A DNA stretch of 64,000 bases from an uncultured Gammaproteobacteria bacterium (GTDB taxonomy: Bacteria > Patescibacteriota > Patescibacteriia > Magasanikbacterales > UBA922): assembly GCA_965231005.1 (NCBI GenBank), contig OZ246405.1:674709-738708 (forward strand). The letters run 5' to 3'. Below the pieces are notes generated by a model. That model had not been told where the DNA came from. It worked only from the letters and a program-made list of their open reading frames with translations, and made no database searches. This document shows, piece after piece, positions 10,158-19,673 of this stretch. Position 1 is the first letter of the stretch; the number at the start of each line of letters is the position of its first letter. The translations under genes and the position numbers were made by a program.

Positions 10158-11237
10158 ATGAAGAAGTTGTTGTTAAAGGGGTTATTATTGGTTACTATTA
10201 CAGTCGTTCCTCTGCTTGTTGTGAACTATATTATTGATCCTTTACAGTGTTTTAGAACTGCAACATGGTACACCCCGTTATACGATCCAAATGAAAGGGT
10301 TCAAAGTCCTTGTCTCGTTAGGACTCATGATTTTGATACAATAATTGTAGGAGCCTCACATGTAGAGAACTTTGATCCAGTTTATGTGGACAATGCTTTG
10401 GACGCAGCAACATTAAAAACTGCTATTGCAGCATCTACCTTGTATGAACAGAATAAGCTTATGAATTTAGCAGTTGATTCAGGGAAACTTAAACATGTTG
10501 TTTGGGGACTTGATACGAACATTCTTTTTGATGAACCTGACAGAGTAAGAGATGATATTGTTCCATTTCCTTTTCATATATACGAACCAGCTATGTACAA
10601 CAATATTCTTTTTCTTTTAGATCCATACATATATAAGCACTATGTAAAGATGGTTATCCATCATTTCACAGGCATCTATGATGATTTTACTCAATTGCGT
10701 TATTTAAATTATTGGGAAGATAAGTTTACGTTTTCAAGAGAGAGGATGCTTGAATTTTATGACATGGTTCAAAAAGAAGATGTCCGTGCAATTGAGAACA
10801 CAAACAACGATTTAATTGCGGCTGCTCCTGAAGATGCATCAACAGAAAATATTGATAATAATGTTGTTCGTTTAGTAGAGCAAAATCCAGATGTTACATT
10901 TAACATTTTTTTCCCACCATATAGCATTCTTCGTTTTGTAGATCTCTATGAAAAGGACCGAAATTTGTTTGAAATTGAGCTCAAGCTTAAGCAGCATCTA
11001 ATTGATAGACTACTCACTTTTGAGCATGTGCATCTGTATGATTTTCAGCATGAAGATAAAATTACCTTTGATTTGAATAATTACAAGGATTTATCTCATT
11101 TTTCAAGCAATATAAATCAGCACATTATTGATGCATTAAAGAAAAAAGAATCTGTTTTACAGAAAGAGCAGTCTTCGTCAACAATTTCTTCACTGAGGAG
11201 GCAAGTTGAGAATTTTGATTTTTCACAAACATTTTGA
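10158..11237 (+). CDS. membrane-anchored DltD-like / SGNH-fold accessory protein (putative)
   Basis: N-terminal TM anchor. Position directly after the MBOAT, as for DltD or AlgJ. Weak block 'IIVGASHVENF'. Confidence 0.3.
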   Translation: MKKLLLKGLLLVTITVVPLLVVNYIIDPLQCFRTATWYTPLYDPNERVQSPCLVRTHDFDTIIVGASHVENFDPVYVDNALDAATLKTAIAASTLYEQNKLMNLAVDSGKLKHVVWGLDTNILFDEPDRVRDDIVPFPFHIYEPAMYNNILFLLDPYIYKHYVKMVIHHFTGIYDDFTQLRYLNYWEDKFTFSRERMLEFYDMVQKEDVRAIENTNNDLIAAAPEDASTENIDNNVVRLVEQNPDVTFNIFFPPYSILRFVDLYEKDRNLFEIELKLKQHLIDRLLTFEHVHLYDFQHEDKITFDLNNYKDLSHFSSNINQHIIDALKKKESVLQKEQSSSTISSLRRQVENFDFSQTF

Positions 11238-11302
11238 TTGTTGTGAAACGGATTGAATATGAATTTTCTTTGTGTTACCATTAAGTTAGTAATTTTATTA
11301 TA

Positions 11303-12475
11303 ATGAAACAGATAAATCGAGAAAAAGTAGTTTCGATGCTTATTAAAGCATTTCTTTTTGTTTTTAGTATTACTGTGTCCCTTATTTTTTTGGAAATAGG
11401 AGTGAGGTATTTTATGAAACAGGGGAATACAACGACTATAGAGGATCCTCATATTGTTTGGAGGTATAAGCCAAATATAAATACTATTATTGAAGCAGAA
11501 GGTGGAGGGTCTGTGCGAATGGAGACAAATAGCCATGGATTTATTGGTGAAGATTTTAAAAAAAATAAAAAAGATGGTGTATACAGAATTGCAAATTTAG
11601 GTGATTCATTTACAGCAGCACTTGCTGTCCCTTATAAAGAAAATTATGTTCATCAGGTTGGCGTCCTTCTTTCAGACAAACTAGATAAAGATGTTCAGAG
11701 TATAAATTTTGGAGTTAGTGGTCAAGGAAGTGGAGAGGCAAAGGATACATATTATCATTATGCCCGCGAGTTCAGTCCAGATCTTGTTATTATTTGGTTT
11801 TATCTTGGGAATGATTTTGAGGATAATTTAGTGTATGAAGAAAGGATACGTCAAGAAAGTAGTACATCTTTTTTCCACAAAATAAAACGAATGGCAAGAA
11901 AATCAGAGCTAGCTTATCTTGTTGTAAATCGGCTAGCGCAAGTTCCTTTTTTTGCAGATATGATGAACAAAACCGTACTCACGAGGGTGGGGGAGGATGA
12001 GCTTAGTAATGAAAATAATCTACCGCTGAGTCTTCGTTTGATGTTTACAAAAGATAAAGAAAATGAATCTGCAAAAAATAGAACAAAAAAATATCTAGAG
12101 TCTTTGAGGCATCTGACAAGTGAAGATGGCACTAAGCTCTTCGTGGCTATGGTCCCTGCCCATTTTCAGGTTGAAGAGGACAAAAGGTTACGATTAATTG
12201 AACAATATCCACAACTTTCCGAGGTTGAGTTTAATGATGAAAGTCCAAATGATGCACTCTCAAGCATACTTGAAGAACTTTCCATTCCATATCTTGATAT
12301 GACCCATTCCTTTAAAGAGCAATGCAGAGATATTTGCTCACTTTATGTTTGCCCGTATTGTCATCTTTCGTCTTCTGGACATATTGCTGCTTCTACAATT
12401 GTGACGGAAAAGATCATTGAAGATATATTTTTAATCAAAGAAGGTAAGGAAGATAGCGTCTCAGAGAAGGAATAA
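11303..12475 (+). CDS. SGNH/GDSL-fold hydrolase or acyltransferase, N-terminal TM anchor (AlgX/AlgJ-like)
   Basis: Block I 'IANLGDSFTAA', block III 'IIWFYLGNDFEDN', C-terminal 'CPYCHLSSSGHIA'. Confidence 0.55.
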   Translation: MKQINREKVVSMLIKAFLFVFSITVSLIFLEIGVRYFMKQGNTTTIEDPHIVWRYKPNINTIIEAEGGGSVRMETNSHGFIGEDFKKNKKDGVYRIANLGDSFTAALAVPYKENYVHQVGVLLSDKLDKDVQSINFGVSGQGSGEAKDTYYHYAREFSPDLVIIWFYLGNDFEDNLVYEERIRQESSTSFFHKIKRMARKSELAYLVVNRLAQVPFFADMMNKTVLTRVGEDELSNENNLPLSLRLMFTKDKENESAKNRTKKYLESLRHLTSEDGTKLFVAMVPAHFQVEEDKRLRLIEQYPQLSEVEFNDESPNDALSSILEELSIPYLDMTHSFKEQCRDICSLYVCPYCHLSSSGHIAASTIVTEKIIEDIFLIKEGKEDSVSEKE

Positions 12476-12486
12476 TACATAAACAG

Positions 12487-13632
12487 ATGAAGGATTTTTT
12501 TATAAAACTATTAGTCGTATTTATAAGCATTTTTCTTGTCATTATATTTTTGGAATTTTCACTGGCATTCATTCCAGAAAAAGGAGAGAAAAGTATAGCA
12601 GAATCTGATCCACATATTCGGAGCATATACAAGAAAAACTTTGATGGAAATGTCGCAGGGGAGGTGCTTGGCACAGAAGTAAGATTTAAAACAAATAGTC
12701 ATGGTTTTGTGGGTGATGAATGGGGGAGTGAAAAACCATTTTTACGAATTGCAAATTTTGGTGATTCCTTTACTGCAGGCTCAGGAGTATCATATGAAAA
12801 AAATTATGTGTCACTGCTTGGAAGTAGTTTGACAAATCTTCTCAGCAAAAATGTAGAAAGTTTGAATTTTGGTGTTGCAGGCCACAGCACTGCTGATGCA
12901 TATAACACGTACATACAATACGGCAGACAATCAAGTTCGGATGTTGTCATATTGTGGTTTTATCTTGGGAATGATTTTAGTGATAATCTTTCTCTATATG
13001 AGTCTGATTTGGCAATTGATAAGGCAGTATCATCATATGAAGAAAAAGACATTGAGAAAAAAACTGTCAAAGATATTATTAAAAAATCTAACTTGTACAA
13101 CATCATAAGTCAGGCAGCAATAAAGTCAAATTTTTTGCGTTCAGTTGCTTCGAGCATTCCTGGTCTAAAGACTTTTTTCTATAGTTTTTCTCTCCACGAG
13201 TTGCCAACTCAGCTAGCCATCTTATTTACAGAAGATAGTAGGAATGATTCTTCTCTACAAATAACAGAAGAATATATAAAAAAGTTTCATGATCAGATTG
13301 TAGAGGATGGCAAAGAGTTTTTTGTTGTACTTATACCACCTCATTTTCAGGTTGATCAAAAGGCAAGGGATAAACTGCTTGAACAGTATCCAAAGCTTGA
13401 TGGCTTAGGTTTTGATCCAGAGAGACCAAGGCAGAGGATTGTTCAACTTTTGGACCAGTTGGAAATCACACATTTTGGAGCATTTGAAGAATTACGTACT
13501 GCAAGTAAAAATGGTAAAATGCTTTACAATTGTTCTTTTTGCCATTTTTCTCCAGAAGGACATGCTATCGTTGCAAATGCAGTTGCGCAGAGTTTGTCAG
13601 AGCCTCTTAGGGAGTTAAAGTATGATTTATAG
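12487..13632 (+). CDS. SGNH/GDSL-fold hydrolase or acyltransferase (tandem paralogue of 11303..12475)
   Basis: 'IANFGDSFTAG', 'VILWFYLGNDFSDN', 'CSFCHFSPEGHAI'. Same architecture as its neighbour. Confidence 0.55.
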   Translation: MKDFFIKLLVVFISIFLVIIFLEFSLAFIPEKGEKSIAESDPHIRSIYKKNFDGNVAGEVLGTEVRFKTNSHGFVGDEWGSEKPFLRIANFGDSFTAGSGVSYEKNYVSLLGSSLTNLLSKNVESLNFGVAGHSTADAYNTYIQYGRQSSSDVVILWFYLGNDFSDNLSLYESDLAIDKAVSSYEEKDIEKKTVKDIIKKSNLYNIISQAAIKSNFLRSVASSIPGLKTFFYSFSLHELPTQLAILFTEDSRNDSSLQITEEYIKKFHDQIVEDGKEFFVVLIPPHFQVDQKARDKLLEQYPKLDGLGFDPERPRQRIVQLLDQLEITHFGAFEELRTASKNGKMLYNCSFCHFSPEGHAIVANAVAQSLSEPLRELKYDL

Positions 13633-13740
13633 ATTTTGGATTTTTTGAGTTGAATTGGTAAACATACTCACATGGTTATAGTTGAAAAAATTGCTTAAAT
13701 AAGGAATTTTTTTTAGATATTTTATTAATTTTGCATCTAT

Positions 13741-13769
13741 TTGACACAATTTGACACTTTTAGTATACT
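13741..13769 (+). promoter_or_regulatory. sigma70-like promoter TTGACA-N17-TATACT upstream of the HTH gene
   Basis: TTGACA at 13741-13746, 17-nt spacer, TATACT at 13764-13769. Lies in a 165-bp intergenic gap. Confidence 0.45.
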
Positions 13770-13797
13770 TGTATCAAGTACAATTATTAGCTAAAAT

Positions 13798-14046
13798 ATG
13801 GCAAAAGAAATAAAGGAAAATGCAGTATATACAACAAAAGAAGCGCAAGCTCTACTCAAAGTCAGTGAAAGCACAATCAAGCGTCTTTTGAAAAAGGGGA
13901 TATTAAAGGCAAATAAGGTCGGAGGTCAATATAGGATTATGGGTAAGGAGATTTTAAGACTCATTTCTCCAGATATGGAGAAAAAGGCTGAAAAAGCCTA
14001 TATGAAGGTAAAGAAAAAGGCTGTTGATGTTATAAATAAATGGTAA
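13798..14046 (+). CDS. helix-turn-helix DNA-binding protein (excisionase/MerR-like HTH family)
   Basis: 'YTTKEAQALLKVSESTIKRLLKKGILKANKVGGQYRI' matches the excisionase-family HTH domain. Confidence 0.55.
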   Translation: MAKEIKENAVYTTKEAQALLKVSESTIKRLLKKGILKANKVGGQYRIMGKEILRLISPDMEKKAEKAYMKVKKKAVDVINKW

Positions 14047-14080
14047 CGTTTTCAGTCAGAATGAAGATCATTTTTGTGTT

Positions 14081-15061
14081 ATGAAGATACTTATTGCTCA
14101 ACCAATTCCAAAAGTAGGTGTTGAACTGCTTAAGAAGCATTTTAGTGTTGAAGAGGCAGATCATATGTTATCGAAGGAAGAAATGATTAATGCAATTTCA
14201 GATAAAGATGCCTTGGTTTGTGCAATGCATAATGTTGATGCCGAGATTATCAATGCAGGGAAAAATCTTAAAGTTATATCTCAACTAGGATCAGGATTTA
14301 ATAATATTGATATAAAGCTTGCTGGTGAAAAGGGTATAAAAGTTACAAATGCCCCAGGTGTTATGATGCAAACTGTGGCTGAATTTGCTTTTGCACATAT
14401 GCTAGCCCTCACTCGTAAAGTCGCAGAATCTGATCGGTATATTCGTTCAGGAAAATTTAGGACATGGGATTTTTCATTAATGGTTGGAAATGAGTTGAAA
14501 GGAAAGATTCTGGGTGTTATTGGATTTGGAGCAATAGCTAAACATCTCGTCCCAATTGCAAAAGGATTTGGGATGGAGATGTTATACAATAATCAGCAAG
14601 GAGAAGTAGAAGATTACAAGCATGATTCATCTGTGCAGTTTTCTAGCAAAGAAAATTTATTGCAGAATTCAGATTTTGTTCTTCTTCTTGTTCCATTAAA
14701 TGAAACAACAAGACATTTGATGAAGTACGAACAATTTTGCATGATGAAACCGACAGCCTTCTTTGTGAATTTGGCAAGGGGAAAAGTTGTTAAAGAGCAA
14801 GATTTAATCCGAGCGTTGAAGGAGAAAAAAATAGCAGGGGCTGGTTTAGATGTATATGAATTTGAGCCAGAGATTTCCAAGGAATTATTATTATTTTCAA
14901 ATACAGTATTGACTCCACATGTTGGTGGAGCAACAGAAGAGTCAAGAGCAAATCTCTCATTGATTGTTGCTCAAAATGTTATTTCTGTTCTCTCAGGAGA
15001 GACATGTAACAACATTGTAAATACAGAATTTTTGGAGAAAGTTCATAACGAACATATATGA
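14081..15061 (+). CDS. D-isomer-specific 2-hydroxyacid dehydrogenase (glycerate dehydrogenase / hydroxypyruvate reductase family)
   Basis: NAD fold 'GVIGFGAIAKHLV'; 'LARGKVVKEQDLIRALKEKKIAGAGLDVYEFEP'; 'TPHVGGAT'. Confidence 0.8.
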   Translation: MKILIAQPIPKVGVELLKKHFSVEEADHMLSKEEMINAISDKDALVCAMHNVDAEIINAGKNLKVISQLGSGFNNIDIKLAGEKGIKVTNAPGVMMQTVAEFAFAHMLALTRKVAESDRYIRSGKFRTWDFSLMVGNELKGKILGVIGFGAIAKHLVPIAKGFGMEMLYNNQQGEVEDYKHDSSVQFSSKENLLQNSDFVLLLVPLNETTRHLMKYEQFCMMKPTAFFVNLARGKVVKEQDLIRALKEKKIAGAGLDVYEFEPEISKELLLFSNTVLTPHVGGATEESRANLSLIVAQNVISVLSGETCNNIVNTEFLEKVHNEHI

Positions 15062-15816
15062 CGCAACAAGATTCAAAAAAATATACCACACTTATATGTG
15101 CAGCAGGTCAAGGCAAGCGTCTTATGCCAATGACAGCAGATAGACCGAAGACATTGGTAGAAGTCAATAGAAAACCAATAATAGAGTATATGTTAGATAA
15201 TTGTTCTGAAATTGGGCTTACAGATGTTATTATTCTAGTTGGATATAAGGGTGATGCAATAGAAGAAAAGTACGGGGATGTGTATAAGAACTGTAACCTT
15301 CGTTACATATACAATAAAGATTACGAAACAACCGACAATTTTTATTCTATTTTTTTAGCGAAAGAACATGTTCACGAAGGAATGATCTTTATGAATGCGG
15401 ATATTATCTTTCATAAACACGTTCTCGAATCATTGTTATCCAATGATTACCAAAGTGGTCTTGCTGTAGTTGATGTTGACAGTCCAGGGGCAGGGAAAAA
15501 TCCTGTACGAGTAAAGCTTGATGCACAAGGAAAAATAATTGATATTGGTCATAACATTGGCGATGAAAATAAAAAAATGGTCTTTGGAATTTACAAACTT
15601 TCAAAAAATGCTACAGCAAAATATTTTGAAGATGCAGAAAAATACTTTAGGAGTGGTCCTCAAAAAGGTGGTTTTTGGCTTCCTATAAGAAATGTTGTCT
15701 CTAATGAAAATTTTTATTCTATCCCTGTGTCAAATAAAAGTTGGGTTTCAATCAATAACATTGAAGAGCATAAGACTGCTTCGGCATTGGTGGATTCCAT
15801 TTTACATAATATTTAA
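15058..15816 (+). CDS. LicC-family cytidylyltransferase (CTP:phospho-alcohol / phospho-acid nucleotidyltransferase)
   Basis: 'LICAAGQGKRLMPMTADRPKTLVEVNRKPIIEY...NFYSIFLAKE' closely resembles LicC-type (phosphocholine / 2-phosphoglycerol) cytidylyltransferases. ATGA overlap with the upstream gene. Confidence 0.65.
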   Translation: MTQQDSKKYTTLICAAGQGKRLMPMTADRPKTLVEVNRKPIIEYMLDNCSEIGLTDVIILVGYKGDAIEEKYGDVYKNCNLRYIYNKDYETTDNFYSIFLAKEHVHEGMIFMNADIIFHKHVLESLLSNDYQSGLAVVDVDSPGAGKNPVRVKLDAQGKIIDIGHNIGDENKKMVFGIYKLSKNATAKYFEDAEKYFRSGPQKGGFWLPIRNVVSNENFYSIPVSNKSWVSINNIEEHKTASALVDSILHNI

Positions 15817-15825
15817 TTTTCTTAT

Positions 15826-16899
15826 ATGAAGAATATTCAAAAGAATGATTTGCAAGAAATGGTCCAGCGTATTTTTGAATTAGCTGGGTCTTCAACAGAA
15901 GAGGCAAGCGCTATAGCTGAATATTTAGTTGAAGCAAATTTAGTTGGTCATGATTCCCATGGAGTTATTCGCGTTGCTCATTATGTAAATTGGATTAGAG
16001 AAAAACGGGTGTTTGTAAATCAACATGTTGAAGAGGTAATAAAAGGAGATACGTTTGCTGTTTTTGATGGACATTTTGGTTTTGGCCAAGTACTTGGCAG
16101 AGAAGCAGTTCAGGTTGGAATTGATATGGCAAAAGATAGTGGAGTTTCTGTAGTTGGTCTTCGAAATTCAGGTCATTTGGGTCGAATTGGTGATTGGGCC
16201 ATCATGGCAGCCGAAGCTGGACTTGTTTCTATCCATTTTGTAAATGGGAACGGTTTTTCTATGTTAGCAGTTCCATTTGGAGGTTCTGATAAGAGACTTT
16301 CATCAAATCCTATATGTGTAGGCATCCCTCGCGGTGAAACATCTCCAATTATTCTTGATATTGCAACATGCCAAGCTTCTCACGGAAAAATAATGGTTGC
16401 AAAGAACAAGGGTGAGAGATTACCATTAGGAATGATTGTTGACGACAACGGACAACCTTCATGTGATCCTAATGTTATGTTTGGTCAAAAGATGGGTGCA
16501 ATCCTCCCCATGTCTCCTGGGCATAAAGGGTTTGGCCTTGCCCTTATTTGTGAATTATTGGCAGGTGCTCTTACCGGAAGTGATACGAGTCATCCAAACA
16601 GTCCGACTGTTCATCATGTTGGAAATGGAATGTTATCAATCTATATTGACAGGAAGCAGTTTAGAGAAGAGACTGGATATCTGTCTGAAATCGATAAGCT
16701 TGTAGATTGGGTGAAAGGATCACCGTTGTCTACTCCTGATGGTGAAATTCTTCTCCCGGGTGAACCAGAAGAAAGAACAAAAAACGATCGTCTTGAGAAA
16801 GGAATTCCTCTCGATGACGACACAATATCTCAAATTGCAGACACAGCTAAATCTGTAGGTGTGCCTGTTGAGGACATTAATTCATTATTTAAGATTTAG
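15826..16899 (+). CDS. Ldh_2-family (malate / L-lactate / sulfolactate type 2) dehydrogenase
   Basis: 'ANLVGHDSHGVIRVAHY' is a hallmark Ldh_2 motif. Confidence 0.6.
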   Translation: MKNIQKNDLQEMVQRIFELAGSSTEEASAIAEYLVEANLVGHDSHGVIRVAHYVNWIREKRVFVNQHVEEVIKGDTFAVFDGHFGFGQVLGREAVQVGIDMAKDSGVSVVGLRNSGHLGRIGDWAIMAAEAGLVSIHFVNGNGFSMLAVPFGGSDKRLSSNPICVGIPRGETSPIILDIATCQASHGKIMVAKNKGERLPLGMIVDDNGQPSCDPNVMFGQKMGAILPMSPGHKGFGLALICELLAGALTGSDTSHPNSPTVHHVGNGMLSIYIDRKQFREETGYLSEIDKLVDWVKGSPLSTPDGEILLPGEPEERTKNDRLEKGIPLDDDTISQIADTAKSVGVPVEDINSLFKI

Positions 16900-16907
16900 T
16901 CTTTTAT

Positions 16908-17738
16908 ATGTTGAAGAAAAAATTAAAGAAAATTTTACGCAAAAGTAAATTTATTGTGAGTCTATATTATCGTTTGAAACGAATTGTTGTATTTCCACTA
17001 AAATTTACACCTTTAAAACCATTTGCAAATACTACTTTTCCTTTAAAAGAATTATTTAAACCATCAAAATTGGCCTTGCTTATAAAGGTTGCCCCATTTT
17101 CGTTAGATAGCTATGGTGCATTGGGAAATGTCTATGATTTGGCAAAGGATGTTGAAGAAAGAAAAATTAATGGTGCATATGTAGAGTGCGGAACATGGAA
17201 AGGTGGTTGTGCTGCTATTATGGGCGCTATGACAAAGAGGTATGGCAGCGAAAGAACGACTTGGTACTTTGATTCTTTCGAAGGAATGCCTGAGCCAACT
17301 GAAAAGGATGCAAGAGGCAGAGGAAAAAGTGGTACAGTTCAAGATATCATGGGTGATGCACTAAAAGCAGATGTTGCTGATGTTGAAGAGGTTGCATTCA
17401 ATGTTTTACATCTTGAGAGAGACAAAAATATTATTGTAAAAGGATGGTTTGAAGATACATTGCCAGTAAAGAAAAAAGAAATAGGTCCAATAGCGATTCT
17501 CCGTCTCGACGGTGATTGGTATGAATCTACCATGACTACGCTAAATGAATTATATGACCAGGTTGTGCCAGGTGGATACGTTATTATTGATGACTATGGT
17601 TCATGGGAAGGTTGTCGGACTGCTGTTCATGAATTTCAAGAAAAGCGAGGCATAACTATGAATTTAGAATTTATGGGAGCTCACGATCCAGAGGCATTTG
17701 CTATTGTGCCTCCAGCATATTTTAAAAAAATTGACTAA
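16908..17738 (+). CDS. TylF/macrocin-O-methyltransferase-family SAM O-methyltransferase
   Basis: 'YVECGTWKGGCAAIM', 'WYFDSFEGMPEP', 'LRLDGDWYESTMTTLNELYDQVVPGGYVIIDDY'. Confidence 0.7.
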   Translation: MLKKKLKKILRKSKFIVSLYYRLKRIVVFPLKFTPLKPFANTTFPLKELFKPSKLALLIKVAPFSLDSYGALGNVYDLAKDVEERKINGAYVECGTWKGGCAAIMGAMTKRYGSERTTWYFDSFEGMPEPTEKDARGRGKSGTVQDIMGDALKADVADVEEVAFNVLHLERDKNIIVKGWFEDTLPVKKKEIGPIAILRLDGDWYESTMTTLNELYDQVVPGGYVIIDDYGSWEGCRTAVHEFQEKRGITMNLEFMGAHDPEAFAIVPPAYFKKID

Positions 17739-17745
17739 AAGTTTT

Positions 17746-19668
17746 ATGTGTGGAATCATTGGGGTCTTAGGAAAGGATATACCCAAACAACAAGACGTGA
17801 TTGAAGCTCGTGATACCATGAGTTATCGAGGTCCTGATGATGCAGGCATATATTATGATTCAAAAGAGTGTATTGCTTTGGGTCATAGACGTCTTTCAAT
17901 CATTGATCTGTCAGATGCTGGACATCAACCTTTTTTTAGTAATGATGAAAGATTTGTTTTAGTCTTTAATGGTGAAATCTATAATTACCTAGAAATAAAG
18001 GATGAATTAAAAAAATATTACAATTTTAAGACCAAAACAGACAGTGAAGTATTGCTTGCTGCATATATGAAATGGGGAGAAGCATGTCTAGAAAAATTTA
18101 ATGGAATGTTTGCCTTTGCCATTTGGGATAGAAAAGAGAAAAAACTCTTTCTTGCACGAGATCGTTTTGGTATTAAGCCACTTTACTATTACACAGATGA
18201 GAAAAATATTTATTTTTCCTCTGAAATAAAAGGAATAATACATTTTAACGAGGTTCCAAGAATATTAAATATAAAAGGTGTTTCAGATTACCTAAGTTAT
18301 CGCTATGTATTAGGGAAAGATACATTGTTCGAAGGAATTTATTCAGTGCTTCCCGGACATTATGCAGTTGTTGAAGTCGGTTCTCCTGTAAAACAACAGT
18401 GTTATTGGACACTTCCTGTTGTTTCAGAAAAGAAAGACCTAGGTGAGCAAGAAGTCCTTGAAAAAACTACAGCACTTTTAACAGATTCTGTTCGACTTAG
18501 ATTGCGGAGTGATGTTCCTACTGGTGCATATCTTAGTGGTGGGCTAGATTCCAGTGTCCTTGTAGGACTCATGTCATCATTATCTCATAGTCCCATTAAA
18601 ACATTTTCTACTGGTTTTTCTGAGGACGGATTCAATGAATTGGCATATGCAAAAGTAGTATCAGATCATTTTGAGACTGATCATCATGAATTTCTTTTGG
18701 ATGGCAAAGATTATTTTAGTTCTCTCCGTAAAGTGATTATGTTCAAAGATTATCCACTTTTATCACCAAACGAAGTTCCTTGGTACATTCTGTCAACCAA
18801 ATTAAAGAAAGATATTACCGTCGTCCTGTCTGGTGGAGGTGCTGACGAATTATTTGGAGGTTATGGAAGAATATTTCGAAGCGGGTATGATTTAGAACGC
18901 ATGTCTCAGTTGGATCAATTTTCAGAGGAAGAAAAGGAAATTCTTGTTCGAAATTTGAAAAAGAAGTATGGTGTGTCTTCTTTTAAGTCACCAATCGATC
19001 ATTTTTTGAGTCAATATCCATACATGAAACGTCCTCAAAAAGAGAAACTCCTGAATCAGGAAGTTTTTGATTCAGAAGAAGATCTATTGAACAAAAAATA
19101 TTTTGAAGAATTTTTTTCAAAACTCAATATGCTAAGTCCAACAGATCAGTATTTATATGTATTTCAGAATGTCCATCTGCTTGGTACACTGAATCATCTT
19201 GATAATGTAACAATGCCAACATCAGTTGAGGCAAGAGTCCCATTTGTAGATCATCATTTGGTTGAATATGTTTCTTCTCTACCTCTTAAATACAAAATGG
19301 CTTGGAAATCTAACGAAGATAGCCAAAAGGCAGCACTTTTGAACAGTAATGACATAAGTGAAATACACGATATTCCAAAATATATACTACGCAAGATTGG
19401 TTCCCAGTTTCTTCCTGAAGAGATTATACATAGAAAAAAACTTGGTTTTCCTGTGCCGTTAAATTCTTGGTTTGATGGTAAGTTCAAAAAAATTGCGAGA
19501 GATATGTTGCTTTCTCCGGATGCAAAATCGCGAGATCTTTATGACGAGCATGCCCTTTCTGACTTGCTTAACACCAATGATATATCTTTGACAAGAAATT
19601 ATGGGTTGCACATTTGGATGTTGATGAATATGGAGATTTGGCTTCAGGAATATAATGTACATGTGTAG
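17746..19668 (+). CDS. asparagine synthase-like glutamine amidotransferase (AsnB family; glycan amidotransferase)
   Basis: N-terminal nucleophile 'MCGIIGV', 'HRGPDD', PP-loop 'YLSGGLDSS'. Start at the ATG at 17746. Confidence 0.8.
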   Translation: MCGIIGVLGKDIPKQQDVIEARDTMSYRGPDDAGIYYDSKECIALGHRRLSIIDLSDAGHQPFFSNDERFVLVFNGEIYNYLEIKDELKKYYNFKTKTDSEVLLAAYMKWGEACLEKFNGMFAFAIWDRKEKKLFLARDRFGIKPLYYYTDEKNIYFSSEIKGIIHFNEVPRILNIKGVSDYLSYRYVLGKDTLFEGIYSVLPGHYAVVEVGSPVKQQCYWTLPVVSEKKDLGEQEVLEKTTALLTDSVRLRLRSDVPTGAYLSGGLDSSVLVGLMSSLSHSPIKTFSTGFSEDGFNELAYAKVVSDHFETDHHEFLLDGKDYFSSLRKVIMFKDYPLLSPNEVPWYILSTKLKKDITVVLSGGGADELFGGYGRIFRSGYDLERMSQLDQFSEEEKEILVRNLKKKYGVSSFKSPIDHFLSQYPYMKRPQKEKLLNQEVFDSEEDLLNKKYFEEFFSKLNMLSPTDQYLYVFQNVHLLGTLNHLDNVTMPTSVEARVPFVDHHLVEYVSSLPLKYKMAWKSNEDSQKAALLNSNDISEIHDIPKYILRKIGSQFLPEEIIHRKKLGFPVPLNSWFDGKFKKIARDMLLSPDAKSRDLYDEHALSDLLNTNDISLTRNYGLHIWMLMNMEIWLQEYNVHV

Positions 19669-19673
19669 TGTTT

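Noticed and set aside
13751-13769. Second TTGACA box paired with TATACT as a promoter
   Set aside because: Spacer would be only 7 nt. The upstream TTGACA at 13741 gives the canonical 17-nt spacer.
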